A stretch of DNA of 64,000 bases from a virus (lineage: Duplodnaviria > Caudoviricetes), in the IMG/VR virus record IMGVR_UViG_3300032135_000291, positions 10,916 through 74,915 of that record; one strand, given 5' to 3'. Below are positions 27,927 through 37,181 of this stretch, piece by piece. The position numbers and the translations under genes were made by a program. Numbering within the stretch: position 1 is the stretch's first letter; each line of letters opens with the position of its first letter. A model generated the notes under the pieces. It saw nothing but the letters and a program-made list of their open reading frames with translations. It had not been told where the DNA came from and did no database searches.

Positions 27927-29279
27927 CTACTTGGCTGCGGCCTCTGCTGGCGTCGCTGCATCACGAGCGATACGGCGGATCTCTGGTGGCACAAACGCGG
28001 GGATGGCCACCGTGCGGTCGATGAGACCGTCCTGCATGGCCTTGGCTCCCACTGTCGCGAGTCGGCCGAGCGCTTTGGAGAGTCCCGCACGGTCTGCCTC
28101 GGTAGGGGCGGCACAGGCGAAAGCCCAGCCTCCCACGTAGCAGTCCAGCGAGAACGTGCCCTTGTCGTCGAGTGCGCGGTCGGCCAGGCGCGTGAGCACC
28201 TGTGCGGCCTGGTCGTGACGCAGGTCTGGATCCCAAGGGGAGCCCGCTTCTGCGATCACCGCGTCCAGATCAGTGGCCTTTGCGAGTTCACGCGGATCCG
28301 CTGCGCGAACCCACGAGATCACGCTCGTCTCCGACGTGTTGTCGGCCCGCTGAGCGAGAGCGACCGCAGCGATATCCGCCCAATGCGGGCCGAGCAGCGC
28401 CCGACACACCTCGACGATGTAGTGCTGCGTGACATAGTCCGGCGAGTCCGCGAAGACGTCTTCGATCAACTCGGTCATCCGAGCCATTTCCGTCACGGCA
28501 CGCTCGGTGTGTTCGAGCATGTCCCACGGCACGAGTGTGCCCGGCGTCCACCGGTTATCCACGGCACGGAATACCTTGTCGGGGTCCTGGTCAAACATCC
28601 GGTTCACGAGGCGGACAGTGGACTCGCGCGGCGGCGTGGTGGCGCCAGCAAAGCCGGTAGACCACTCGTCGACGAACAGTTTGCGGTCGCCGAACCAGGC
28701 GACGTGCCCGCCGCGGTTCAGGACGGCTTCGTTGAGGGGGATGACGCTCGATACAGCGCCCTCGGGGTTTGCGGCCATGACGATCGAGATGTGCTTGGAA
28801 ATATCAGCGTCCTCGAACTTGCCGTGGGTGAGCAGACCCAGCATCGCGTTCTGCTGGCTGGGCATACAGGTAGTCAGTTCGTCCACGAAGAGAATCGTCA
28901 GGCCGTTCGCTTCCTCGGCGTGCCGCATCACTTGCTCGGCGACGCGAGGGATGGAGCGCTGCATGACGGTCTTGTCGCCCTCGCGGGAGGTGTACATCAT
29001 GCCGTGGATGATCGTCGGGTCCTGCGTCGACGGTTGCAGCGTGATGACCTGGTACGGGACATCGTTGTTGTCGCGCTCGCGGCCGAGTGCCTCGATGGTG
29101 CGCGTCTTGCGGGCGCCCACAGGTCCCCAAAGCGTCACGGGGGTGCGGTTGGCCAGGAAGAGACGGAGCAGGTCTACAGCCACCCTGCGGGGGTTGTGGA
29201 CGAGTTCCGCGGCGCTGGTGGCGTTGGTGCCCCAGAGCCGCTCCGTGGCGGCTAGCGGCAGGAAGGACGGGTCAGGCAC
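27927..29279 (-). CDS. AAA+ ATPase (MoxR/AAA_5-like)
   Basis: GPVGARKT Walker A, LFVDELT Walker B, VMAAN sensor; GTG start overlapping upstream stop. Confidence 0.75.
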   Translation of the reverse strand: MPDPSFLPLAATERLWGTNATSAAELVHNPRRVAVDLLRLFLANRTPVTLWGPVGARKTRTIEALGRERDNNDVPYQVITLQPSTQDPTIIHGMMYTSREGDKTVMQRSIPRVAEQVMRHAEEANGLTILFVDELTTCMPSQQNAMLGLLTHGKFEDADISKHISIVMAANPEGAVSSVIPLNEAVLNRGGHVAWFGDRKLFVDEWSTGFAGATTPPRESTVRLVNRMFDQDPDKVFRAVDNRWTPGTLVPWDMLEHTERAVTEMARMTELIEDVFADSPDYVTQHYIVEVCRALLGPHWADIAAVALAQRADNTSETSVISWVRAADPRELAKATDLDAVIAEAGSPWDPDLRHDQAAQVLTRLADRALDDKGTFSLDCYVGGWAFACAAPTEADRAGLSKALGRLATVGAKAMQDGLIDRTVAIPAFVPPEIRRIARDAATPAEAAAK

Positions 29280-29934
29280 GCTGTCCTCGGAAGGACTCGC
29301 CGTCGAACGAAGCGATGGTGGATGAGTCGCGGATGCGGTCCCAGCCGCTGTCGCCAACGATGTCTTGTAGGCCGATGCCGTCGCGATTGCCGCGAAGAGC
29401 CATGTTGCTGGTGATGATCGTGATCCGATCGTTGGCCCACCGGGAGTCGATGAGACTCCACAGGCTACGGCGTTGGTGGTCAGACATCCCGTCGTTCATC
29501 GCGCCGAGGTCGTCGATCACCAGGATGGGCGCCGCGCAAAGGTCTTCGAGCACTTCCGCTGCGCTGCGGCCTTCCCAGCCGAACGAGAACTGGGTGAGCA
29601 TGCCGGTCGCCGCAACGAAGCGTGCGGACAGGTGGTGAGTCTTGATGAGTTCGGTCACCAGCGCACACGCGGCGGTCGACTTTCCTGTGCCCGTAGGACC
29701 CGTCAAGACGAGGAACTTGGTGGGAGCCTCCAAGTAGCGGGAGAGCGTGAGCGCGTCCCCTCGACCGAGGGCGCCCGACCAGTTGGAGCCGTTGGTCAGC
29801 GTCTCAACGCCGAACGCGCGGTATTGCCCTGGTGTTTGGCGCGCAAACTGCTCAAGCGCGTGCTCAATAACTTCGTCAGCGGCCTCGGCCTGACGTTGGG
29901 CCAGTCGGTCGAGTCTGCGGGTCGGGGTAATCAT
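29272..29934 (-). CDS. DnaC/IstB-like ATPase (helicase loader)
   Basis: GPTGTGKS, ILVIDDLG, TIITSN, DRI..FDGESFR. Confidence 0.85.
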   Translation of the reverse strand: MITPTRRLDRLAQRQAEAADEVIEHALEQFARQTPGQYRAFGVETLTNGSNWSGALGRGDALTLSRYLEAPTKFLVLTGPTGTGKSTAACALVTELIKTHHLSARFVAATGMLTQFSFGWEGRSAAEVLEDLCAAPILVIDDLGAMNDGMSDHQRRSLWSLIDSRWANDRITIITSNMALRGNRDGIGLQDIVGDSGWDRIRDSSTIASFDGESFRGQRA

Positions 29935-29999
29935 GCGGGAAGACTACCACACAATTGCGATCGCTCATCCGCTATGCGCCGCCTGGATACTCTGTAACC

Positions 30000-30959
30000 G
30001 TGAGCGAGTGCACAGCGAAGTCCGGGCAGCACGTCTCCGAGCGCGCGGCGCAGAAATGTCCCGTGCACAAGGTCCGTGACGGAAGTGCACCAATGTCTCC
30101 GGCCCGCGCCGCGGGGCTCGCCAGGGCGAAGGCCGCACCGCCCGCCTTCGCCGGGCCGCTCAACTTGCCTCAGAACAGCGCGTCGTCATCCTCTCTGGTC
30201 CCCCTCAAAGGGTTCCACAACGTCGGGTTCCGGCTCGAAGCCAAGCACCGGGCCGTGTTTCGTCCAGGGACGTCATTCGGTGGCTGCACCTTCGAGGACG
30301 GCCTTGGCCGTTCAGATGACGGATCCGCCGACAAACACGCTGCATTGGCGCTCATCGACTGCGAGGTCTACGGCGACTCTCACCTGGGCACCGGGTCGCA
30401 CATCCTCGACAGCACCGTGCATGGCTCCTTGTCTCTCGACAACGCACGCGCAGAGCGCTGCACAATCGAAGGGTCGGCGGAGGTCCACTTCGGTGCCGAG
30501 TTGGTCGACTGCGAGGCCAAGCACGTGGGCGTGGACACTGGGGCGACGGCATCTTTCACGAAGCCGGTGGGCGTAGGGTCCGGGCCGCAGGTGCACATCA
30601 ACACGGGCCTCTGGGGGCAAACGCCTGCGAAGATCCACCTCGCGGCCGGCGGCGTCATCCACGCCTCCCCGGAGGACGTAGAGGTGACAGGTGCTCTCGA
30701 CTTCGTTGTGCTGGTCGAGCCGCCGAGCAAGGTCGCAGAAGATAGCGCCGTGTGGAGGTCGAACGAGAACATCGCCAGGGCGCGTTACGCGACGGCCGTG
30801 GCGACCGATCGCTCCGACCCCTTGTGGCTTTCGACCCAGAATACCGACGCGTGGCAGATGATCTTCGATGGCGGATACGTGGACGCAACGGACTCCGACC
30901 CGCAGCCCGTACCGGAAGAAGTCCGGTCGTGGGTGCTCGCGCTGTACCCCAATCCGTAG
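30000..30959 (+). CDS. Cys/His-tag family protein (class A; beta-helix-like centre; C-terminal LALYPNP)
   Basis: GTG start; CTAKSGQH..CPVH; LWLSTQNTDAW..WVLALYPNP. Confidence 0.75.
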   Translation: MSECTAKSGQHVSERAAQKCPVHKVRDGSAPMSPARAAGLARAKAAPPAFAGPLNLPQNSASSSSLVPLKGFHNVGFRLEAKHRAVFRPGTSFGGCTFEDGLGRSDDGSADKHAALALIDCEVYGDSHLGTGSHILDSTVHGSLSLDNARAERCTIEGSAEVHFGAELVDCEAKHVGVDTGATASFTKPVGVGSGPQVHINTGLWGQTPAKIHLAAGGVIHASPEDVEVTGALDFVVLVEPPSKVAEDSAVWRSNENIARARYATAVATDRSDPLWLSTQNTDAWQMIFDGGYVDATDSDPQPVPEEVRSWVLALYPNP

Positions 30960-31024
30960 CGTCTAACCCCGGCTAAAGGTGTGGTAGGCTTTCGTCTTGC
31001 ACTCACCTTTGGGAAGTCGGAGAC

Positions 31025-32524
31025 ATGTCGCAAGAATCAAGCACGAGAACCTCTATGGCGCTGCCGCACGCCCCGGCGACCGAGGCAAGCGTCCTGGCAT
31101 CCAGCCTTATTGACAACCGGTACTGGCCGCTAGCCGAGTCGCTCGACCCCGACGTGGAGACGCTCTTCTATGAGCCCGACCACGCCCGTGTAGCGGCAGC
31201 AATGCACAGGCTCTTCGCCGCGGGACGCATGGTCACCGAGGACTCCGTCATCGACGTGATGCGCACCACCGGTGATGAAATTGAAGGCGGCACGCGCGAC
31301 TTCCTGCTCGAACTGGCGCTGCGCGCGTCTGCTCGCGAGCAGCGCGAGTTCAAGGACCAGATTTCAACCCTCGCCGAGAAGCGCACCCTGCGGGGGATGC
31401 ACTCGTCGCTCTTGCAGTTGTCGGAGCGCGCTCGCAACGAGGAGGCGACACCGGCAGAACTGGCCGAGGCCGCGCGCTCTGTGGCCGAGACAGGCCGCAG
31501 CGGGGCCGGGCCCATCAAGCGGTTCGGCGAGTACATCGACTCGATGGACGCCAAGGCTTCGTACCGGATCCCAACGTGCCTCAGCGGGCTGAACAACATC
31601 ATTGGCGGCTGGGAGTCCGGACGCACCTACGCGATCGGCGCACGGCCGAAGGTCGGCAAGTCCGCCTTGGCGCTCAACTCTGCCATCAGCGGGCTCGCGT
31701 CCGGGGCTGTCGTCGTCGTGTTCTCCTTTGAGATGTCGCGACGCGAGTTGTGGGGGCGGCTGCTGGCTTGTGCGGCCGGTCTTGACGTGACCCTGGTTCA
31801 GAAGTATCTGAACAAGGAGATGTCGATCGACGACTTCCCTGCCGAGCAGCGTGAGGACCTCGAAGCGACTGTCGACCAGTTCCGTGTCGCAGACTTGTTT
31901 ATCGTGGAGGAGTCTGACGTTCGCTCGGGTCTTCACGACGTGATCGCCACCATGGTCGATATCAAGGCGCGCTACGGCGACCGGAAAATGGTCGTCTTCG
32001 TTGACTACCTGCAACTGCTCGTCAGGGACGCCCACGAGACGGTCGCGGAAGTGACCAACATGACCCGCGAGTTCAAACTCATGGCCGGGCGTCTCGACAT
32101 CCCCATCGTCATGCTGTCGCAGATCAACAGAGGCGGCGCAGGCGGAGACACAGGGATGCCGAGCCCGCACCACATGAGAGGCTCCGGCTCCATCGAGGAG
32201 GCCGCCGACGTCACCATCCTGATGCACCGCAAGCACCTCGACGACAACGACCACCCCGAGTCCGACATGCAACTGCACGTGGCGCTGTCGCGCTACTCGA
32301 GCAATGGCTGGGTGGACGCGTTCTATGCGGTCCGGGAGCAGATCCTGTCCGACGCCAACAGCGACGGGCAGCCGACGGGGGAGGGCGACCACGAGTCACG
32401 CCAGTCGTCACGCCCCGCAGGCGCCACCACGCGACCCGCAGAGGTTACGGCCGAGGTGGACGTAGACGACCCCGACTTTGACGACGCCAGCGTCGACGAG
32501 TTGGACCCTGAGTACAGTTCCTAG
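31025..32524 (+). CDS. dnaB: Replicative DNA helicase DnaB
   Basis: EASVLASSL N-term, GARPKVGKS, FSFEM, VDYLQL, LSQINR, RGSGSIEEAAD. Confidence 0.92.
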   Translation: MSQESSTRTSMALPHAPATEASVLASSLIDNRYWPLAESLDPDVETLFYEPDHARVAAAMHRLFAAGRMVTEDSVIDVMRTTGDEIEGGTRDFLLELALRASAREQREFKDQISTLAEKRTLRGMHSSLLQLSERARNEEATPAELAEAARSVAETGRSGAGPIKRFGEYIDSMDAKASYRIPTCLSGLNNIIGGWESGRTYAIGARPKVGKSALALNSAISGLASGAVVVVFSFEMSRRELWGRLLACAAGLDVTLVQKYLNKEMSIDDFPAEQREDLEATVDQFRVADLFIVEESDVRSGLHDVIATMVDIKARYGDRKMVVFVDYLQLLVRDAHETVAEVTNMTREFKLMAGRLDIPIVMLSQINRGGAGGDTGMPSPHHMRGSGSIEEAADVTILMHRKHLDDNDHPESDMQLHVALSRYSSNGWVDAFYAVREQILSDANSDGQPTGEGDHESRQSSRPAGATTRPAEVTAEVDVDDPDFDDASVDELDPEYSS

Positions 32525-32548
32525 ACCCCACACGAAAGAGGAGACTCC

Positions 32549-32659
32549 ATGGACGGCGACAAATGCGTTGGATGCGGGACGGCCATCACGGATGAGAACG
32601 CCACACAGGACCCCGACGGCGTGACGTACGGGCTTTGCGATGAGTGCGCTGGCGACTGA
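32549..32659 (+). CDS. 36-aa CxxC..CxxC microprotein (not in ORF track)
   Basis: MDGDKCVGCGTAITDENATQDPDGVTYGLCDECAGD; strong SD gaaagaggag. Confidence 0.55.
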   Translation: MDGDKCVGCGTAITDENATQDPDGVTYGLCDECAGD

Positions 32660-32667
32660 GTCCGCCT

Positions 32668-32706
32668 ACACAGAAGCGCCGGGGTTTCCCTCCGGCGCTT
32701 CTGTGT
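32668..32706. terminator. Bidirectional terminator between convergent genes
   Basis: acacagaagcgccgg..ccggcgcttctgtgt 15-bp inverted repeat. Confidence 0.75.
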
Positions 32707-32727
32707 TTCTGCTGTCGGGTGTGGCGC

Positions 32728-33489
32728 CTAGGCTGCCGCATCCCTCATCAGATGATCCGACTGTGCTTCCTGTGTGACCAGGTTCGCGATCTGCGCGGCG
32801 CGGTCCTCGAAGTCTTTGCGCATGCCCTTGAGCATGCCGCCGTTGGAGTACGACCGGCGCATCGCGTTGAACCTGTTGATCATGAGGTGGCGCTCGCGCT
32901 CATCCAGTCCGCCCCAGACCCCGAACGTGTCGTTGCCGATGGTGCTTGCGGTGAGGCATTCGAGGCGGAAGGAGCATCCCTGGCACTCGTTCTTGGCTTC
33001 GTCGTACTTGGCTCTGTTGCGCAGCACGATCTGAGTGAACTTGGCGATCGAGATGCCAGCGTCCTTTTTCTTATCCTGATTCGTGTTGACCTCGGCCTCG
33101 TCCTGGTTGGCGTCTTCATCGCCCAGCGGGTCGAGCGTCGGCTCCCAGAGGATTGCGTCTAGGTCGGCATCTGACGGGAAGAAGATTTCGGGGTTCACGT
33201 CGTCGGACTGGCAGTTGGCTGTTGACGGCATCGTCGGTGGCTTCACGTGGTGCTTGGTCGCGAGGAGCCATGTCAGGAATGCGTGCTCGACGAAGTGCGT
33301 CACGACGTTGTTCGCAAGTCCGCCGAGGGCAACGTACGAGCGCCCGGTGGGAGGCCTGTGGCGAATGGTGATCCCGTCGCCAAGAAGGCTCTCGCTGATG
33401 AGAGCGCTGATGCTTTCCGATCCATCACTGTCACGCGGGGACTCGACCCCCGCGTGGAGGTCGGTGTCTGCGGAGCGGGTGCTGATCAT
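32728..33489 (-). CDS. whiB: WhiB-like Fe-S transcription factor with N-terminal extension and acidic insertion
   Basis: ANC..PEIFFP..AKNECQGCSFRLEC..FGVWGGLDERER. Confidence 0.85.
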   Translation of the reverse strand: MISTRSADTDLHAGVESPRDSDGSESISALISESLLGDGITIRHRPPTGRSYVALGGLANNVVTHFVEHAFLTWLLATKHHVKPPTMPSTANCQSDDVNPEIFFPSDADLDAILWEPTLDPLGDEDANQDEAEVNTNQDKKKDAGISIAKFTQIVLRNRAKYDEAKNECQGCSFRLECLTASTIGNDTFGVWGGLDERERHLMINRFNAMRRSYSNGGMLKGMRKDFEDRAAQIANLVTQEAQSDHLMRDAAA

Positions 33490-33665
33490 CGGCAGTATCT
33501 CTTCCGTTCGTGGCCGGGATTGGCTATGCTGCTGAGGGAAGACTACCACACCTTTGCCGAATAGCAACAACGCGCGCGGAGACGCAAAGTGGCCCAGAGC
33601 GCAAACGGATATGGTGGGCTTGGATACTCTTGGAGTAGACAAACCTTCCACACGAGAGGACGACC

Positions 33666-35231
33666 ATGTCGAAGGCCTTGATTCCCTGCCCATTGGGTGC
33701 GCAGTGCCGCACCGGCTCCACCCTGGGGCACGAACCCGGAAGCGACGCGTTGCGTGACTGCACCGCAGCCGCAGTCGGCTCGGGACAGGCTTCGGCCACC
33801 CGCGGTCAGCACGACCCGACCGCCGCGTACCAGCAGTTAACCGACCCCATGAAGCGCCTGACCTCTCAGGTCAAGCGCGCGTTCGGCGCTGACGGCCGCG
33901 GTATCCCCAACCTTGTGGGCCCTCCCGGTATCGGCAAGTCGGCCATCGTCGAGAATATGGCGCGGTCCATGAACGCGGACTACATGATCTTTGACGTGTC
34001 ATCCCTGGATCCGGACATCTTCAACGGCATTCCGTACAACCCGGGTGGCGAGGTCCCCGAAGGCATGATGGTCATGGCAGGGCGCCTCTACGAGCGCGAG
34101 GTCGTGTCGATGTTCTCCCGCTCGGACAAGAAGGACAAGCCGCTACTCGTCTTCCTCGATGAGATCAACGGTGGCAAGGAAGCGCTGATGTCGTCCTTGC
34201 AGAAGGTCATGACCGGACGCATGTTGCCGCAGGAGGGTGTGTCGCTCAACGACAACGTCTTCCTGGTCGCAGCGATGAACGATGCAGACCAGACGTCCAA
34301 CGGTAACGACCTCGCCGCGGCCATGGTGTCGCGTCTGACGCCGATCCCCGTGAACCCGAACTTCGACGAGTGGACGAACGGAGAACTGACCTTCTGGGGC
34401 CAGGGGTACAACGAAGAGCGAACATCGGCTGTCGCGCGCGCCCTGGACCTCAAGGCTCCCACAGTCGAGCAGCACCTCATGGCGGCCGCCTCGGTGGCCT
34501 CCTACTTGGAGGACATGGGCAACCCCCGCTTGAAGTCGCTCTCGCGAGACGAAACCTCAATGAACCTCTTCTCGGAGCCGTTGGACGAGGACGACCTGAC
34601 CACCAAGGTGGGTCAGCCTCGGTCGTGGTCCAAGGCCATTTCCGGCATCGCTATGGCGATCGCGAACCCGGACGAAGGGGAGTCGGACACCAGCGCCTAC
34701 GCAGATGTCATCCGATCCAACTGTGGCGAGCGTGCCGCACGCGGCTTCGTCGCGTACCACGAGACTCACCGCGACCTCCCCGACATCAAGGGCGCCCTGG
34801 ACAAGGGGACGCTTGGGGACGCACCCACCGAATGGGCACGCAACGGTCGCAGCGACATCCCGATGTTCACCATGTCCGTCCTGGCGAACCAGAACTTCGA
34901 GAACGACATCGAGAAGATGGGTGTCGCGGTCGACCTCATCGGCGAGATCGCGGGGAAGTTCCCCGACATCGCTGGTGCGAAGGTCGCACCCATCGTGAAG
35001 CAGTGGACCGGCCAGATCCGCGACGAGTATGGCGTTTCCAGCGAGCAGGGCAAGGCGCTGTCGACAATGCTTGCCGAGAAGATCAATAAGAAGGGCAACG
35101 AGCCGCTTCGTGTCGCGGTCGGAAGGTCCGGCGTTGTTGCAGGCCTCGTCGACGGACGCTCGGACATCGACCAGATTGCGGTGAGCGCAGCGAAGGCTGC
35201 CGCGAACGACGACGACAAGAAGAAGAACTAG
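33666..35231 (+). CDS. AAA+ ATPase (MoxR/AAA_5-like) carrying N-terminal Cys/His tag
   Basis: PCPLGAQC..GHEPGS..DC; GPPGIGKS; VFLDEIN; LVAAMN. Confidence 0.85.
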   Translation: MSKALIPCPLGAQCRTGSTLGHEPGSDALRDCTAAAVGSGQASATRGQHDPTAAYQQLTDPMKRLTSQVKRAFGADGRGIPNLVGPPGIGKSAIVENMARSMNADYMIFDVSSLDPDIFNGIPYNPGGEVPEGMMVMAGRLYEREVVSMFSRSDKKDKPLLVFLDEINGGKEALMSSLQKVMTGRMLPQEGVSLNDNVFLVAAMNDADQTSNGNDLAAAMVSRLTPIPVNPNFDEWTNGELTFWGQGYNEERTSAVARALDLKAPTVEQHLMAAASVASYLEDMGNPRLKSLSRDETSMNLFSEPLDEDDLTTKVGQPRSWSKAISGIAMAIANPDEGESDTSAYADVIRSNCGERAARGFVAYHETHRDLPDIKGALDKGTLGDAPTEWARNGRSDIPMFTMSVLANQNFENDIEKMGVAVDLIGEIAGKFPDIAGAKVAPIVKQWTGQIRDEYGVSSEQGKALSTMLAEKINKKGNEPLRVAVGRSGVVAGLVDGRSDIDQIAVSAAKAAANDDDKKKN

Positions 35232-35249
35232 GCAGCGGGGGACTCTCCA

Positions 35250-37181
35250 ATGAGCACGCCAGGCGTCACGCGCACCATCCCCGCCGGGGGCATCGCATGC
35301 CTCAGCAACGGGCGGTGTGGAGAGTCGACCGGCTGGCACCACATGGGCTCCGACGCGCACAAGCGCTGCATCCACGCTGCCGAGGCACTGGATGCGACCG
35401 GAGCGCGGGTCAGGGACGCCGTGACTGCGGGCAATATGCGGGCCAATCAGCAGCCAGGTGACCACGAGCGTCGTCCGCTGCGCCGACTGGAGCAGGACGA
35501 AAGCGAACTCCTCAACAGCACCCGCGCGATGGCCTTGAAGTTCCTGCCGTTCTACTCGCACATGATGTACCGCGTGCGCCCTGTCGCCGTAGACGAGGAG
35601 CCGACGATCCTGCCCGATGGCACACCCCAGTGGGAGATGCGTGCCGCTATCTCTCGGGACTGGCGCCTCATGCTCAACTTTGACTGGATGCGCTACGAGT
35701 TCGAGCAGGGCTACGAGAACAACAAGGACCGTGTTGCCAAGGCAATGATCGAGTCAGACGTCACGCCGACCGACGAAGCGGTTCGCCGCGGCTGCGACAC
35801 GGCGACGTCCGTCCAACTCGGGAAGGTGCTCCTCCACGAGATGGGGCACGCGATGTACAACACGTGGGAAGTCGCCGAGGAGAGGAAACTCGACGGCCAG
35901 ACCCTGAACCGCGCAGAGGACGCTGTCATCAACAACGCGTTGCGCGTGCTGGGTCACGGCAAGGCCCCGCTCGAGAACAAGGACATCAACGGCGAGTTCC
36001 TCCCGAACGCTGTCTACGGTGGAACCGTGGAGTGTGACGACCCCAACCACTCATGGCACTACATCGACCCGGAGACGGGCGAAACGTCTTCGCGTTGCTC
36101 GTATGAGCAGACGATTTGGCACTACTACGAGCGCCTCGACAAGCAGGAGAAGGAAGACTCAAAGCAGGGGTCAACCGGCGACGGCGACCCCGACGGTGCG
36201 CCAGACGCCGCGAAGGGCGAGGCAAAGGGCGATCAGAAGGGCCAGGCTGGCGGCTCGCAAAGAACCGAAGGCTCTCCCTCTGGTTCCACGCCCGGGGCCG
36301 AAGGCGACGGTGACGGCGAAGGAGGCGAAGGCGCCAAGCCCTCTGACGCATGTGGACGCAAGGCTGCCGAGAAGTACGAGGACGACCCATACGAGAAGGG
36401 GAGCATCAGCGAGTCGCAGAAGCAGGACTCGCTCGACGTGACCGCATCGGAACTTGACGAGTGGGGCAAGGAGAACGAGGAACGCGCCAAGAAGGCAGGC
36501 TTCGGCTCCGATTCGATGGCCCGCAAGTGGGCCCAGCACCGCCGCAAGATCGACGGGATTCACTGGGACGCGCTGCTCAAGAGGACCATACGCAAGACCG
36601 TGGAGTCCAAGAAGAGCACGCGCGAGACCTACACAAAGGTTCGCCGGCGCGACGCCTCCAACTCCGGGATCCTGCGTCGCGGCACCAAGGCGGGCTACAT
36701 GCCCTCGATCGCCGCGGCAGTCGACACCTCGGGTTCGATGTCGCCAGACGACCTCTTCGCCGCGTACAACAGCGTGTACTCCGTCATCAAGAGGACGGGC
36801 ATCAACCACCTGGACGCGTTCGCTGTCGACTCCGAAGCGAAGACCAAGCCGATTGCGATCAAGAAGGCCGAAGACTTGGCTCCGCTACTTCGCGGTGGAG
36901 GCGGTACTGACATGTGCGCCGGCATTGAGGTGGCAGCACAGGCGGACAAGGACGTCTGCATCGTCTTCACTGACGGAGTCGTCCCGTGGGGCAAGATGGC
37001 CGAGCGCCCGAGTGACACCAAGAAGATGGACGTGATCATCGCCATCATCGCGGAGAACGATGATGCGTGTGCGCGCTTGGCGGACGACGTGCCCTCCTGG
37101 ATGAGCACGGTCAAGATCAACAAGGAACTGCTCGACGAGGGCCGCGAGAAGAAGACCCCCAAGGACGGGTACCTTGGCTAG
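35250..37181 (+). CDS. Metallopeptidase-vWA protein (DUF2201-like) with N-terminal Cys/His tag
   Basis: CLSNGRC..HHMGSDAHKRC; LLHEMGH; acidic/Gly linker; AVDTSGSM and GGGGTDM MIDAS motifs. Confidence 0.85.
   Translation: MSTPGVTRTIPAGGIACLSNGRCGESTGWHHMGSDAHKRCIHAAEALDATGARVRDAVTAGNMRANQQPGDHERRPLRRLEQDESELLNSTRAMALKFLPFYSHMMYRVRPVAVDEEPTILPDGTPQWEMRAAISRDWRLMLNFDWMRYEFEQGYENNKDRVAKAMIESDVTPTDEAVRRGCDTATSVQLGKVLLHEMGHAMYNTWEVAEERKLDGQTLNRAEDAVINNALRVLGHGKAPLENKDINGEFLPNAVYGGTVECDDPNHSWHYIDPETGETSSRCSYEQTIWHYYERLDKQEKEDSKQGSTGDGDPDGAPDAAKGEAKGDQKGQAGGSQRTEGSPSGSTPGAEGDGDGEGGEGAKPSDACGRKAAEKYEDDPYEKGSISESQKQDSLDVTASELDEWGKENEERAKKAGFGSDSMARKWAQHRRKIDGIHWDALLKRTIRKTVESKKSTRETYTKVRRRDASNSGILRRGTKAGYMPSIAAAVDTSGSMSPDDLFAAYNSVYSVIKRTGINHLDAFAVDSEAKTKPIAIKKAEDLAPLLRGGGGTDMCAGIEVAAQADKDVCIVFTDGVVPWGKMAERPSDTKKMDVIIAIIAENDDACARLADDVPSWMSTVKINKELLDEGREKKTPKDGYLG

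Noticed and set aside
27927-29934. IS21 element (IstB-like ATPase)
   Set aside because: No IstA transposase or terminal inverted repeats; context near dnaB favours a helicase loader.
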